Assembly (NCBI GenBank): GCA_963846575.1
Contig: CAWJWJ010000001.1
Location: 1,244,530-1,308,529, forward strand
Reading direction: 5' to 3'
DNA length: 64,000 bases
Source of the DNA: an uncultured Nitrospiraceae bacterium
Lineage (GTDB): Bacteria; Nitrospirota; Nitrospiria; Nitrospirales; Nitrospiraceae
The first letter of the stretch is position 1, and each line of letters starts with the position of its first letter. A program made the position numbers and the translations under genes. This document shows positions 18,060-26,766 of the stretch, one piece after another. The notes beneath the pieces are model-generated. The model was not told the origin of the DNA. It made no database searches and saw nothing but the letters and a program-made list of their open reading frames with translations.

Positions 18060-19400
18060 ATGAGTCAGATACAGCTGTGTACCAGGGCGTGGTTTGGCGA
18101 TGAGACCCTGCCGATGGACCTCCCGGCTTCCTGGAAAGTTGTCGAAGTCGGTCCTCAGGATCAGCCCGCACTCACAACGGCCTCGATGCGAGAAACCTTG
18201 AGCCGACCGATTGGCACTCCACGCCTCTCAAAGATCGCCCGAGGAAAGACCAGGGCCGTCATCCTGGTCGACGACCTCACCAGACCCACCCCCGCCGCCG
18301 ATCTCCTCCCCTTGCTCGTTGAGGAATTGGCGCGCGGCGGCCTGTCCGAGCAGGCTATCATCGTGATGCTCGCAGGGGGCACGCATCCTCCGGCGTCCCT
18401 CGAGGATAGGATCAAGAAAGTCGGTTCAGGCCTTTCTCGGGCGATCACGGTCCTGGCCCATGATAGCCGGGGGGACCTTGTGAATCTGGGAACGTCGCCC
18501 GGAGGACTGCCGCTCCGGATCAACCGTACGGTGCTGGAGTGCGACCTCAAAATTGGAGTCGGGTGTATCTATCCCCATCCCATAGCCGGATTCTCAGGCG
18601 GCGCAAAGATCATTCTCCCTGCGGTCTGCGGTGTCGAGACGACCAGAATGATGCATGACTATCTGCGCGGATCCCGTGAGCGAGGCGGGTCCATTGACAC
18701 AGAGCTGCGGCGGGATATGGTCGCCGTGGCCCGGCAAGTCGGGCTCGATTTTATTGCGAATGTGACTCTGAATCATCGACGAGAGATCAGTGGACTGTTT
18801 GCCGGTGATGTCGTCCAGGCGCATGAACAAGGAGTGCGTGCCGCACAGCGAGTCTATGCGGTGCCCCTGTTACCTCAGGCGGATGTGGTCATCGCCGATA
18901 TGTATCCCTTCGATACCAGTTGGCAATTTGCTCAGGATCGAGGGATGTGGCCGATCGAGCGCGCGGCGCAGAAGGCATCCCGGGTGGTGATTGCCGCGTG
19001 CCCGCTTGGCCTGGGCACCCATGAACTGTTTCCGGTAGCCAGCCCGCTCTGGTCGCGCATCGCCAGGCGTATCAAACACTTTCGAATGGCGGACCTGGAT
19101 CGTCCCGTTGAGAAAATACGGACGGTGGCCAAGTTGATCCGGCAAAAACAGCATCACTTGATGGTGCTGTCACCCGGTTTGAAGGCGGATGACCTGACGG
19201 CGCTCTTTCCTCATGCGCAATGGTTTGGAGAGTGGTCCGCGCTGAGGGCTGCCCTGCAGGCGCGCCATGGTGATGGGCCTGTGACGGTGGCACTGTATCG
19301 CTGTGCGCCGCTACTCATTCCAGAGGGGACGGAGCAGACTCAGGTTGTCGAATCACGAGTGGAACGTCCCCAGCGATTATCGGCGTCGGCCTCATCGTAA
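18060..19400 (+). CDS. Lactate racemase (LarA)-superfamily protein, probable nickel-pincer 2-hydroxy-acid racemase/epimerase
   Basis: DDLTRPTP, GGTH, and IYPHPIAGFSGGAKIILP...MMH with the H-x9-K-x15-H spacing of LarA H174/K184/H200. Confidence 0.85.
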   Translation: MSQIQLCTRAWFGDETLPMDLPASWKVVEVGPQDQPALTTASMRETLSRPIGTPRLSKIARGKTRAVILVDDLTRPTPAADLLPLLVEELARGGLSEQAIIVMLAGGTHPPASLEDRIKKVGSGLSRAITVLAHDSRGDLVNLGTSPGGLPLRINRTVLECDLKIGVGCIYPHPIAGFSGGAKIILPAVCGVETTRMMHDYLRGSRERGGSIDTELRRDMVAVARQVGLDFIANVTLNHRREISGLFAGDVVQAHEQGVRAAQRVYAVPLLPQADVVIADMYPFDTSWQFAQDRGMWPIERAAQKASRVVIAACPLGLGTHELFPVASPLWSRIARRIKHFRMADLDRPVEKIRTVAKLIRQKQHHLMVLSPGLKADDLTALFPHAQWFGEWSALRAALQARHGDGPVTVALYRCAPLLIPEGTEQTQVVESRVERPQRLSASASS

Positions 19401-19406
19401 GATCTT

Positions 19407-20279
19407 ATGAATACCGGCATCTGGCTCTTTTTTGAAGTACTGTTCGATACGCTGATGTTCTCGCCCTATTTGCTCCGGGGGCGGTTTTCCGCGCGGGTCA
19501 AGTGGAAGATCCTGGTCACCTATTTCCGTTTGAGCGTCAAGTTGCTGGTTATCAATCCGTTCCGGCCGATCAAGACCGAGCGCGTGTTGGGTTTCACGGT
19601 GCACTGTTTCGATTATCGGACCATGCACCTGTTGTTCAGGGTCATCCTCCTGCGCAATGAATATTACTTCCGGAGCGCAAAAGACGGTCCGGTGATCTTC
19701 GACTGTGGCGCCAACATCGGTCTGGCCACGCTGTTCTTCAAGTGGCTGTACCCGTCCAGTGAGATCTACGCGTTCGAGCCGGACCGTGAAACCTTCGCCC
19801 TCCTGAAACGCAATGTCGAAGTGAATCAACTGGTCGGCGTACATCTCTACAATGCGGCCCTCTCCGATCGGGCCGGGACGGCCGCATTCTATGTGGACCA
19901 TACCAGACCGGGCTCTCCGCGAATGAGCCTGACGTATGAACGCATGCCGAAAGATAGCATTACGGTCGAGACGCTGCCCTTATCTCAGATCATCCGTGAG
20001 CAACTGGCAGGACGGGAACTCGATTTTCTCAAACTCGATGTGGAGGGGGCGGAAGACATCGTGCTGCGCGATCTCGCGACCTCGGGGCAGCTGACACCGG
20101 TGCATGAACTCCTGATCGAATATCATCATAAGATCGGCGAGGACCGTGCGAGACTCGGGCCATTCCTTTCTACGCTGGAGAACGAGGGATTTGACTATCA
20201 GCTGGATGCGGCCTGTATGCCGATTTATTCGCCTCGCCGGTTTCAGAATATCATTTTGTATGTATACCGTGTTTCTTGA
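19407..20279 (+). CDS. FkbM family methyltransferase
   Basis: IFDCGANIG, IYAFEP, LDFLKLDVEGAE. Confidence 0.9.
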   Translation: MNTGIWLFFEVLFDTLMFSPYLLRGRFSARVKWKILVTYFRLSVKLLVINPFRPIKTERVLGFTVHCFDYRTMHLLFRVILLRNEYYFRSAKDGPVIFDCGANIGLATLFFKWLYPSSEIYAFEPDRETFALLKRNVEVNQLVGVHLYNAALSDRAGTAAFYVDHTRPGSPRMSLTYERMPKDSITVETLPLSQIIREQLAGRELDFLKLDVEGAEDIVLRDLATSGQLTPVHELLIEYHHKIGEDRARLGPFLSTLENEGFDYQLDAACMPIYSPRRFQNIILYVYRVS

Positions 20280-20332
20280 TCGGCTGGTGTCTGAGCTTGC
20301 TGCAGCATCGGCACAGAGAAAGATTGTGTGAG

Positions 20333-21922
20333 ATGATCCCTCTGGCAGCGAGTACGTCAACGACCGTTACCAATCCTCGTGAGCGCGTCTACACCGCGAC
20401 GGACGTCATCGTGACCGGCCTGCTGCTGCTGATCGTGTTCGGCAGCGGGCTCTTTCATCTCGAAAGTTTTCCCCCGCTCTGGTTCGATGAGGGATGGACG
20501 GTGTGTGTCGCTCGCACATGGGTTGAGACAGGACATCACGGCTGCCTGCTTCGTGGCGAGCCTGCTCCGCCGATCCTGGCCGCACATTTCCCCGTGATCG
20601 CCTCGGTGGCCGTGAGTTTCAAGCTGTTCGGCATCGGTATCTGGCAGGCCAGGATCGTCGGATTGCTGTACACCTTTGGCGCACTCCTGCTGTTGTACGG
20701 GGTCTCGCGCCGCATCTATTCCAGGCCGATCGCCATCGTCGCCCTCGCGCTCCTGATACTGGTTCCCTTCAAATGGTCGATTCACCCGCTCTTTATCGGG
20801 CGTCAGGTGCTGGGCGAAATGCCGATGTTGTGTTTTCTCCTGGCCGGGTTCGCTTGCGTCTTGCGAAGCGAGGAGAACCGAGGCTGGCTGGCCGGGGCGA
20901 TCCTCTGCTGGAGTATTGCCTGGTGGACCAAAGGGCAAGCGGCTCCCTTCTTCATCGCCTCGCTGGCCGGAGGGGCGATGTGGGCCGGCTGGCGCAAAGA
21001 CTGGACAACCGTGCGCCGGTTGTTGGTGCTGCTGGGTGGATCCTGGGCGGGTTATCGACTGCTACTCGTCACGAAAGACCTGTTATTAGCCGGCCATACG
21101 ATGCCACACCCGCCGACAGATGGAATGACGGAAGCCATTGCCATGGTATTTGTCCCGTCCGTCCGTCTGGAGACGATCCGGCACATGCTGGCCACTTGGC
21201 CGGCGTATACGATTGGTTTGGGATATGCCGCCTGGCGCCTCTGGCGGGCCGACCCCTCGCTACGTATACACCAGACCGCGCGGCTTGAGCAGACAGTCCG
21301 GACGATGTTGCTGATCCTGGCAGTCACGTGGCTCGCGTGGTTTGCATTCCTCTGTGCGGGTGAGCCGCGTTATGCCTTGCCGGGGCTCTTCATCGCTGCG
21401 CCATTTACGGCCGCGTTTTTTCACGACTTCACCCAGGGATTCAATGTGACGTTCCTGAGGCAAGCTTTTTGGGGGCTGGTGCGAGCCAGACGCATTACCC
21501 GTGAGGGCGTCCAGGCAGCGGTGGTCGTCGGACTCCTTGCCGTTATGGGCCTAGTTGCTCTTCAGGAGCGCTACGCGTTTCGGGGGCGAGAGGATGAGCG
21601 GGACCTGTTTGCGCTGACCGACTATCTGCATGCTGTTACGCCCTCGACCGGCCTGATCGAAACATATGACAGCGAGCTGTTCTTGTTTCTCGATCGCCGG
21701 TATACCTATGCTCCGCCGAAGGTGCTCGTGGATGTGATGCGGCGCGAGCAGAATCCTGCATGGCCGGTGACCTACGATCCGCTGGCCGCGCACCCGGACT
21801 ATATCGTCCTCGGCGAATACGGCCGCTGGGCCGCTTTTTACAAGCCCTTGATCAAGCAGGGTCGAATTAGGCTTGTGTCCACCATCGGGCGCTATGAGAT
21901 CTATGAACCGGTTGATCGCTAG
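20333..21922 (+). CDS. GT-C fold membrane glycosyltransferase (ArnT/PMT, GT39/GT83-like)
   Basis: PLWFDEG after TM1, FKLFGIGIWQAR, many TMs, TKGQ, EPRYALP, C-terminal periplasmic domain; start codon uncertain (20276 or 20333). Confidence 0.8.
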   Translation: MIPLAASTSTTVTNPRERVYTATDVIVTGLLLLIVFGSGLFHLESFPPLWFDEGWTVCVARTWVETGHHGCLLRGEPAPPILAAHFPVIASVAVSFKLFGIGIWQARIVGLLYTFGALLLLYGVSRRIYSRPIAIVALALLILVPFKWSIHPLFIGRQVLGEMPMLCFLLAGFACVLRSEENRGWLAGAILCWSIAWWTKGQAAPFFIASLAGGAMWAGWRKDWTTVRRLLVLLGGSWAGYRLLLVTKDLLLAGHTMPHPPTDGMTEAIAMVFVPSVRLETIRHMLATWPAYTIGLGYAAWRLWRADPSLRIHQTARLEQTVRTMLLILAVTWLAWFAFLCAGEPRYALPGLFIAAPFTAAFFHDFTQGFNVTFLRQAFWGLVRARRITREGVQAAVVVGLLAVMGLVALQERYAFRGREDERDLFALTDYLHAVTPSTGLIETYDSELFLFLDRRYTYAPPKVLVDVMRREQNPAWPVTYDPLAAHPDYIVLGEYGRWAAFYKPLIKQGRIRLVSTIGRYEIYEPVDR

Positions 21923-21984
21923 CCGCGGCTGGGCAGAGGATAGCCCTGCCGGCTGGCAGTAGCCGGTTCGCTCTTTTCCTCCTC

Positions 21985-22012
21985 TTGACTTTTCCCGGGG
22001 CCGATTTATTTT
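21985..22012 (+). promoter_or_regulatory. Putative sigma70 promoter TTGACT-N16-TATTTT upstream of the hsp20 leader
   Basis: Motif read directly; predicted start site coincides with the beginning of the structured leader (~22017). Confidence 0.4.
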
Positions 22013-22017
22013 TCACT

Positions 22018-22168
22018 CCGTTGCTGATGCTACACCGGATGGATCGGGCTCAGGCCCATCCCTGGAAGAGCAACGGCGGCAGATGATGCCCCGCTTCGAC
22101 CTGGGTCCATCCGATAACCTCTTATCAACCAGTAGAAGTCACCTCTCGACGGAGAGGAGGAGGAACGC
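22018..22168 (+). ncRNA. Structured 5' leader of hsp20 (candidate RNA thermometer or cis-regulatory RNA)
   Basis: Stems CCGTTGCT(22018-25)/AGCAACGG(22069-76), GGGC-tcag-GCCC, GATAA-cctc-TTATC, and CCTCTC-gacg-GAGAGG overlapping the purine-rich RBS region. Confidence 0.45.
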
Positions 22169-22606
22169 ATGACCAGTTATCGAGCAGCCTTGATGAATCC
22201 GATTGGACAAGACTCCTTCGACCGAAAAATCGATCGGTTGCTGGAGGAGGCCGTGAGTGCCTTTGGGGTTAACGGATCAACGTGGACCCCCGCAAGTAAT
22301 GCCTGGGAAGATGACAACGGATTCTATCTACAGCTGGCATTACCCGGGTGGGATCCTCAAGAGGTATCGCTGGAGTTGACGAACCAGATTCTCTCGATCA
22401 AAGGTGAGCGCAAAGAGGAATCCGGGCCCTCGCATTCCTTCCATTTACAAGAGATCGGCGACGGCAGGTTCATGCGTCTCTTCAGGCTACCGACCTACAT
22501 CGATCAGGACAAAGTGTCGGCGGTACAGAAGAACGGGCTCCTGACGGTGAGTTTTCCGAAACGCGAGGAAGCTAAGAGCCGGCGTATTGTAATCGAAGGA
22601 CAGTGA
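22169..22606 (+). CDS. Hsp20/alpha-crystallin small heat-shock protein
   Basis: WTPASNAWEDD, LALPG, LSIKGERK, GRFMRLFRLP, NGLLTVSFPK; strong AGGAGG RBS. Confidence 0.93.
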   Translation: MTSYRAALMNPIGQDSFDRKIDRLLEEAVSAFGVNGSTWTPASNAWEDDNGFYLQLALPGWDPQEVSLELTNQILSIKGERKEESGPSHSFHLQEIGDGRFMRLFRLPTYIDQDKVSAVQKNGLLTVSFPKREEAKSRRIVIEGQ

Positions 22607-22665
22607 TTGATCGGGATTCCGGGAGGTCAAAACCCTGCCTCGCTCGGCAGCCGGTGCGTCCCAAG

Positions 22666-22699
22666 GCCTCACCGACCGCTACTGTCGGTGAGGCTTTTT
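22666..22699 (+). terminator. Rho-independent terminator after hsp20
   Basis: GCCTCACCGAC-cgctact-GTCGGTGAGGC followed by TTTTT. Confidence 0.85.
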
Positions 22700-23062
22700 A
22701 TCTCGCGGACGAAACCGTTCAATTGAATGAGGAGCAAGGGCAAAAGGTTTTCAAGGGCTCTGACTGAGTGAAAGGAGAACGGACATGAAGCACGGTCTAT
22801 TTTGGATAAATGGTGGCGTCTGAGCTTCCTCGAGAAGCATTCGAATCGACAAGTGCAGGACGGCGCGCAGAAGGGGTTCCTGGAAGGTGGGCTTCGGAAC
22901 TGGTGGCGTAAGGAAAAAGGAAGTGATCGGCACCGGCGTGGACGAGAATCCGGCAGTACCCGTCCGATCACTCCCTGGTCTCACGGGTTATTCTGAATAT
23001 ACCTACACGCAGCGCACTCGAAGCATTCCGCGAGACTCGAGAGAAGAAAGGAGGTGAACACG

Positions 23063-23236
23063 ATGATGGATTTGAGCTCGGTAATCGATGCCGGGCTGGC
23101 GGTAATGGGAGTGATTGCGGTGCTGTCGATGGGACTCTGGACATTGTCTTCTGAGTCCAGCACCGTGTCCACCTCACAACAACCGTCACGCTCGACGAGG
23201 CAACATCAGGAAGTCTCGCTGCCTAAGGCAGCCTGA
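23063..23236 (+). CDS. Small single-TM protein ending in PKAA
   Basis: Perfect SD AAGGAGGTG before ATG 23063; hydrophobic AGLAVMGVIAVLSMGLWTL; polar tail. Confidence 0.7.
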   Translation: MMDLSSVIDAGLAVMGVIAVLSMGLWTLSSESSTVSTSQQPSRSTRQHQEVSLPKAA

Positions 23237-23341
23237 CGGACTGGCCGTGTCTCGATGGGGAGACCTCTGGGGCAGGCCATCACCGGCCTGCCCCGAAAGG
23301 TTCCTTCCGACTCTCCCTCTAAGGACGGCGAACCACAGAGG

Positions 23342-24358
23342 TTATCGCCGGACCGACTTAGTGCGTTCAAGGTCCACAAGTTGCCGGATGGCGCCTGCGA
23401 CCAGGCCGGGTTCGTCGAACTGAATGAAATGACCGCTCTGCGCGGCCAGGATCTGGCGGCTGTTAGAGGACAGGTCGGTCAACTCCTGCTGAAGGCCCAA
23501 CCACATTTTTCTGAACTTGGCCTGGTTGACGGCACCGGGCATGTCCGGCCACCAGACAGGACCGGTTGCCGTCAGCACCACCAGCGGAAGCTCGCCGAGC
23601 GGCGCGATGTGGCGAACCTGTTCTAACGTCTCGATCAGTCCATTCCCTTCATCCGCCAATGTGGAGGGGTAGCTGGTCCGCAGCCACCCGGCCCGCAGCA
23701 CCGGCCGAATGTCCGCCGGGACCTTTTGTTCCTGTTGAGTCAGGAGAGGGGGCAGGCTCTCGAAAGAGGCAAGGAGCCGTGGTATGCCCAGGATGGCCAT
23801 CGCACGGAGGGCCGGGAGCATGGATTTGCCGGCGTTGACGAAGGTTCTAAACTCGGCCTGGCGCATTTCCGATTCATGTCCGGCATCGACCAGAACCATG
23901 CCGACGACTTCCCGAGGATGTTCCTCGCGATAGAGTCGGGCGACGAAGCCACCGAACGAATGACCCACCAGAATGTACGGGCCGGCGATCTGTGAACGAT
24001 CGAGTAATCGACGGAGCTCTCGCGTCATGCGTTCTCCGGTGCGTGGTAGCGGCCCTGGGTCGCTCCATCCGAGTCCGGCACGATCGTAGGCGCAGACTCG
24101 CGTGAAACGGGCCACCGCCGGCTGCACCAAGGTCCAATCGAGGGACCAGCCCGTCGCAGCAGCCTCCAGCAGGACGGTAGGGCTCCCGTTTCCAATGCAA
24201 TAGAGGTGCAGCCGGTGGCCGCCGATGTCGACCAGCTGTCCAGGGGGAGGAAAGTGTACCCGGTCGCGCACCATGCTGATGAACTGATACGCCGCGCCGC
24301 AGATCACCAGCACAAGCAGTGCAGCGAGAAGCCACTTGAGAATAGGCATAGCCGCCAT
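23342..24358 (-). CDS. Alpha/beta-fold hydrolase with N-terminal membrane anchor
   Basis: PPGQLVDIGGHRLH, YDRAGLGWS, nucleophile elbow GHSFGG, VLVDA, SGHFIQ; start uncertain (24358 or 24349). Confidence 0.9.
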   Translation of the reverse strand: MAAMPILKWLLAALLVLVICGAAYQFISMVRDRVHFPPPGQLVDIGGHRLHLYCIGNGSPTVLLEAAATGWSLDWTLVQPAVARFTRVCAYDRAGLGWSDPGPLPRTGERMTRELRRLLDRSQIAGPYILVGHSFGGFVARLYREEHPREVVGMVLVDAGHESEMRQAEFRTFVNAGKSMLPALRAMAILGIPRLLASFESLPPLLTQQEQKVPADIRPVLRAGWLRTSYPSTLADEGNGLIETLEQVRHIAPLGELPLVVLTATGPVWWPDMPGAVNQAKFRKMWLGLQQELTDLSSNSRQILAAQSGHFIQFDEPGLVAGAIRQLVDLERTKSVRR

Positions 24359-24578
24359 AATCCATTGTAATGGGGGATGGAAGCAAACGGCGGCTGAGCG
24401 GTGCATCCGCCCCTGGAACGACGGATATCGTGGATCGTCACAGCTCTGTCCTCCGGAGCATGTGATCTCAACGGTTCATGCGAGCGCAGAGTTCAAGGTC
24501 CCGGAAATCCTTGTGCGCTCGGCCATTCTGGCTTGCCACGTGTCGTAACGTGGAATCCGACGGATTGTCCGCTTCCAT

Positions 24579-26624
24579 ATGCCTTATGATAGGATGCCGC
24601 GCATGAAAATGGCTCATCGTCTGCTCTGGGGGCTGCTCTCAATTCTTGGTGCCGTGGCCTTGAGCCATGTGACCGGTGTCATCAATCCCCACGAAAAAGT
24701 AAATGGGCTTTGGCTGGTCGTGGCGGCGGCCTGCATGTATGTGCTGGCCTACCGGTTTTATGGTCGTTGGTTGGCGCGTCGCGTCGTGCAGTTGGATGAT
24801 ACGCGCCTGACTCCTGCGGTCCGTTTGAACGACGGCGTGAATTTTCACCCCACCAATAAGGTCGTCTTGTTCGGTCACCATTTTGCGGCGATCGCGGGGG
24901 CAGGCCCGCTGCTCGGCCCGGTGCTGGCGGCGCAATTCGGGTTTCTTCCCGGCTTCCTCTGGTTGGTGATCGGCGCGGTGCTGGCGGGGGCGGTGCAGGA
25001 TTTCATCATTCTCGTGGCCTCCATGCGGCGGAACGGCCGTTCGTTGCCTGAGATCGCCCATGATGAACTGGGTTCGCTCACCGGCACGGCGACGGCAGTG
25101 GCCGTGCTCTTTATTGTGGTGGTGGCGCTGGCGGGACTGGGCTTCGCCGTGGTCAATGCGCTGTACCATAATGCCTGGGGCACGTTCACGATCGCGATGA
25201 CGATCCCGATCGGCTTCATCATGGGATTCTATCTGCAGAAATTTCGTCCTGGAGCGGTGGCGGAAGTGTCGGTGATCGGGGTGGTCCTGCTGGTGGCGGC
25301 GGTGTTATTCGGCCGGGTCGTGGGCCAGTCGTCTTATGCCTGGCTCTTTGAGTTCGATAAGCCGTCACTCGTCTGGTTGCTGGCCGGCTATGGGTTTCTC
25401 GCCTCGGTGTTGCCGGGCTGGATGTTGCTGGTCCCGCGCGGCTACCTGTCCACCTTTATGAAGCTGGGCGTGGTCTTTCTGCTCGGCTTCGGCGTCATCC
25501 TCATGGCGCCGACGATTGAGATGCCCCGGATTACCTCATTCGCCAATGGCGGGGGACCGATTATTCCAGGCACGTTGTTTCCTTTCCTCTTTATCACGAT
25601 TGCCTGCGGCGCGGTGTCGGGATTCCACTCCCTCGTGTCGTCCGGCACGACACCCAAGATGATCGAACAGGAATCGCAGGCGGTGGTGGGATATGCGGCC
25701 ATGCTGTTGGAGAGTTTTGTGGGTGTGATGGCGCTCATCGCGGCCTCGGTTCTGATTCCCGGAGACTATCTGGCGATCAATACCATGCTTTCGACGGAGA
25801 CGTTGACGGCGATGGGATTCGCGCCCTCCCGGATCGCGGAATTATCCCGGCTGGTGGAAGTGGACGTGGCCGGAAGGCCGGGGGGGGCGGTGTCGCTGGC
25901 GGTGGGCATGGCGTCCATCTTTGCGGCCTTGCCCGGCATGGCCGGGTTGATGGCCTACTGGTATCAGTTCGCGCTGGTGTTCGAGGCGCTGTTCATCCTG
26001 ACGACGATCGACACGGGCACGCGCGTGGCTCGCTATCTGATCCAGGAAATGGTCGGACGTGTGTGGACGCCCTTTCGACAGATGACCTGGTGGCCGGGAG
26101 TGCTGGCGAGCAGTGCCTTTGTCGTGGGATCGTGGACCTACTTGATTGGAACGGGGAGCATTTCGACCATCTGGCCGATGTTCGGTGCGGCCAATCAGCT
26201 GCTGGGGACGCTGGCGCTCTGTATCGGAACGACCGTCTTGATCAAGATGTGGAAGTCGTCCTATCTGTGGGTGACGGCGGTGCCCATGGTGTTTGTGGGT
26301 GGCATCACCCTGGCCGGCTCCTATGAGATGTTCTGGATGTTTCTGGCGAAGGCGGCGGGTCTGGCCGCCGGACAGGCGTTCGCACTCTATCTCGATGCCT
26401 TGCTCGTGGCGGTGGTCGCACTCCTTGGTGTGGTCGTCTTGAGCGACAGCATGAAGCAGTGGTATGGGTATGTCGTGCTCAAGCGGCCGTTTACCAGCAG
26501 TGAAGTCATCGCGACGGCCGGTGGAGGATCGGCGGGTTGTGTGCAGACGGTGATATCCCAGGAAAGCGTCAAGGACCCTGAGGCAAGGGGCTTTCGCCTT
26601 CCCCATGGAGGCGGCTGTTGTTGA
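24579..26624 (+). CDS. cstA: Carbon starvation protein A (CstA) family peptide/pyruvate transporter
   Basis: TPAVRLNDG, FGHHFAAIAGAGPLLGP, LFITIACGAVSGFHSL, LTTIDTGTRVARY, IWPMFGAANQLL. Confidence 0.95.
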   Translation: MPYDRMPRMKMAHRLLWGLLSILGAVALSHVTGVINPHEKVNGLWLVVAAACMYVLAYRFYGRWLARRVVQLDDTRLTPAVRLNDGVNFHPTNKVVLFGHHFAAIAGAGPLLGPVLAAQFGFLPGFLWLVIGAVLAGAVQDFIILVASMRRNGRSLPEIAHDELGSLTGTATAVAVLFIVVVALAGLGFAVVNALYHNAWGTFTIAMTIPIGFIMGFYLQKFRPGAVAEVSVIGVVLLVAAVLFGRVVGQSSYAWLFEFDKPSLVWLLAGYGFLASVLPGWMLLVPRGYLSTFMKLGVVFLLGFGVILMAPTIEMPRITSFANGGGPIIPGTLFPFLFITIACGAVSGFHSLVSSGTTPKMIEQESQAVVGYAAMLLESFVGVMALIAASVLIPGDYLAINTMLSTETLTAMGFAPSRIAELSRLVEVDVAGRPGGAVSLAVGMASIFAALPGMAGLMAYWYQFALVFEALFILTTIDTGTRVARYLIQEMVGRVWTPFRQMTWWPGVLASSAFVVGSWTYLIGTGSISTIWPMFGAANQLLGTLALCIGTTVLIKMWKSSYLWVTAVPMVFVGGITLAGSYEMFWMFLAKAAGLAAGQAFALYLDALLVAVVALLGVVVLSDSMKQWYGYVVLKRPFTSSEVIATAGGGSAGCVQTVISQESVKDPEARGFRLPHGGGCC

Positions 26625-26766
26625 AGGCGGGATACAGCCTCGGCGCCGGTGGAGATGCATCGCGGACTCAACTCAGAACTCAGGATCCATCGATCCGAGG
26701 AGCCATGGAGACCTTGCCAGCAGCAATTGTTGAACATCCTGTCGTCGAAGAGATGAGGAGGTAGTG

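Noticed and set aside
26622..26680. Selenocysteine read-through of the cstA TGA after CC
   Set aside because: Only short, weak hairpins follow; no convincing SECIS; the extension looks non-coding
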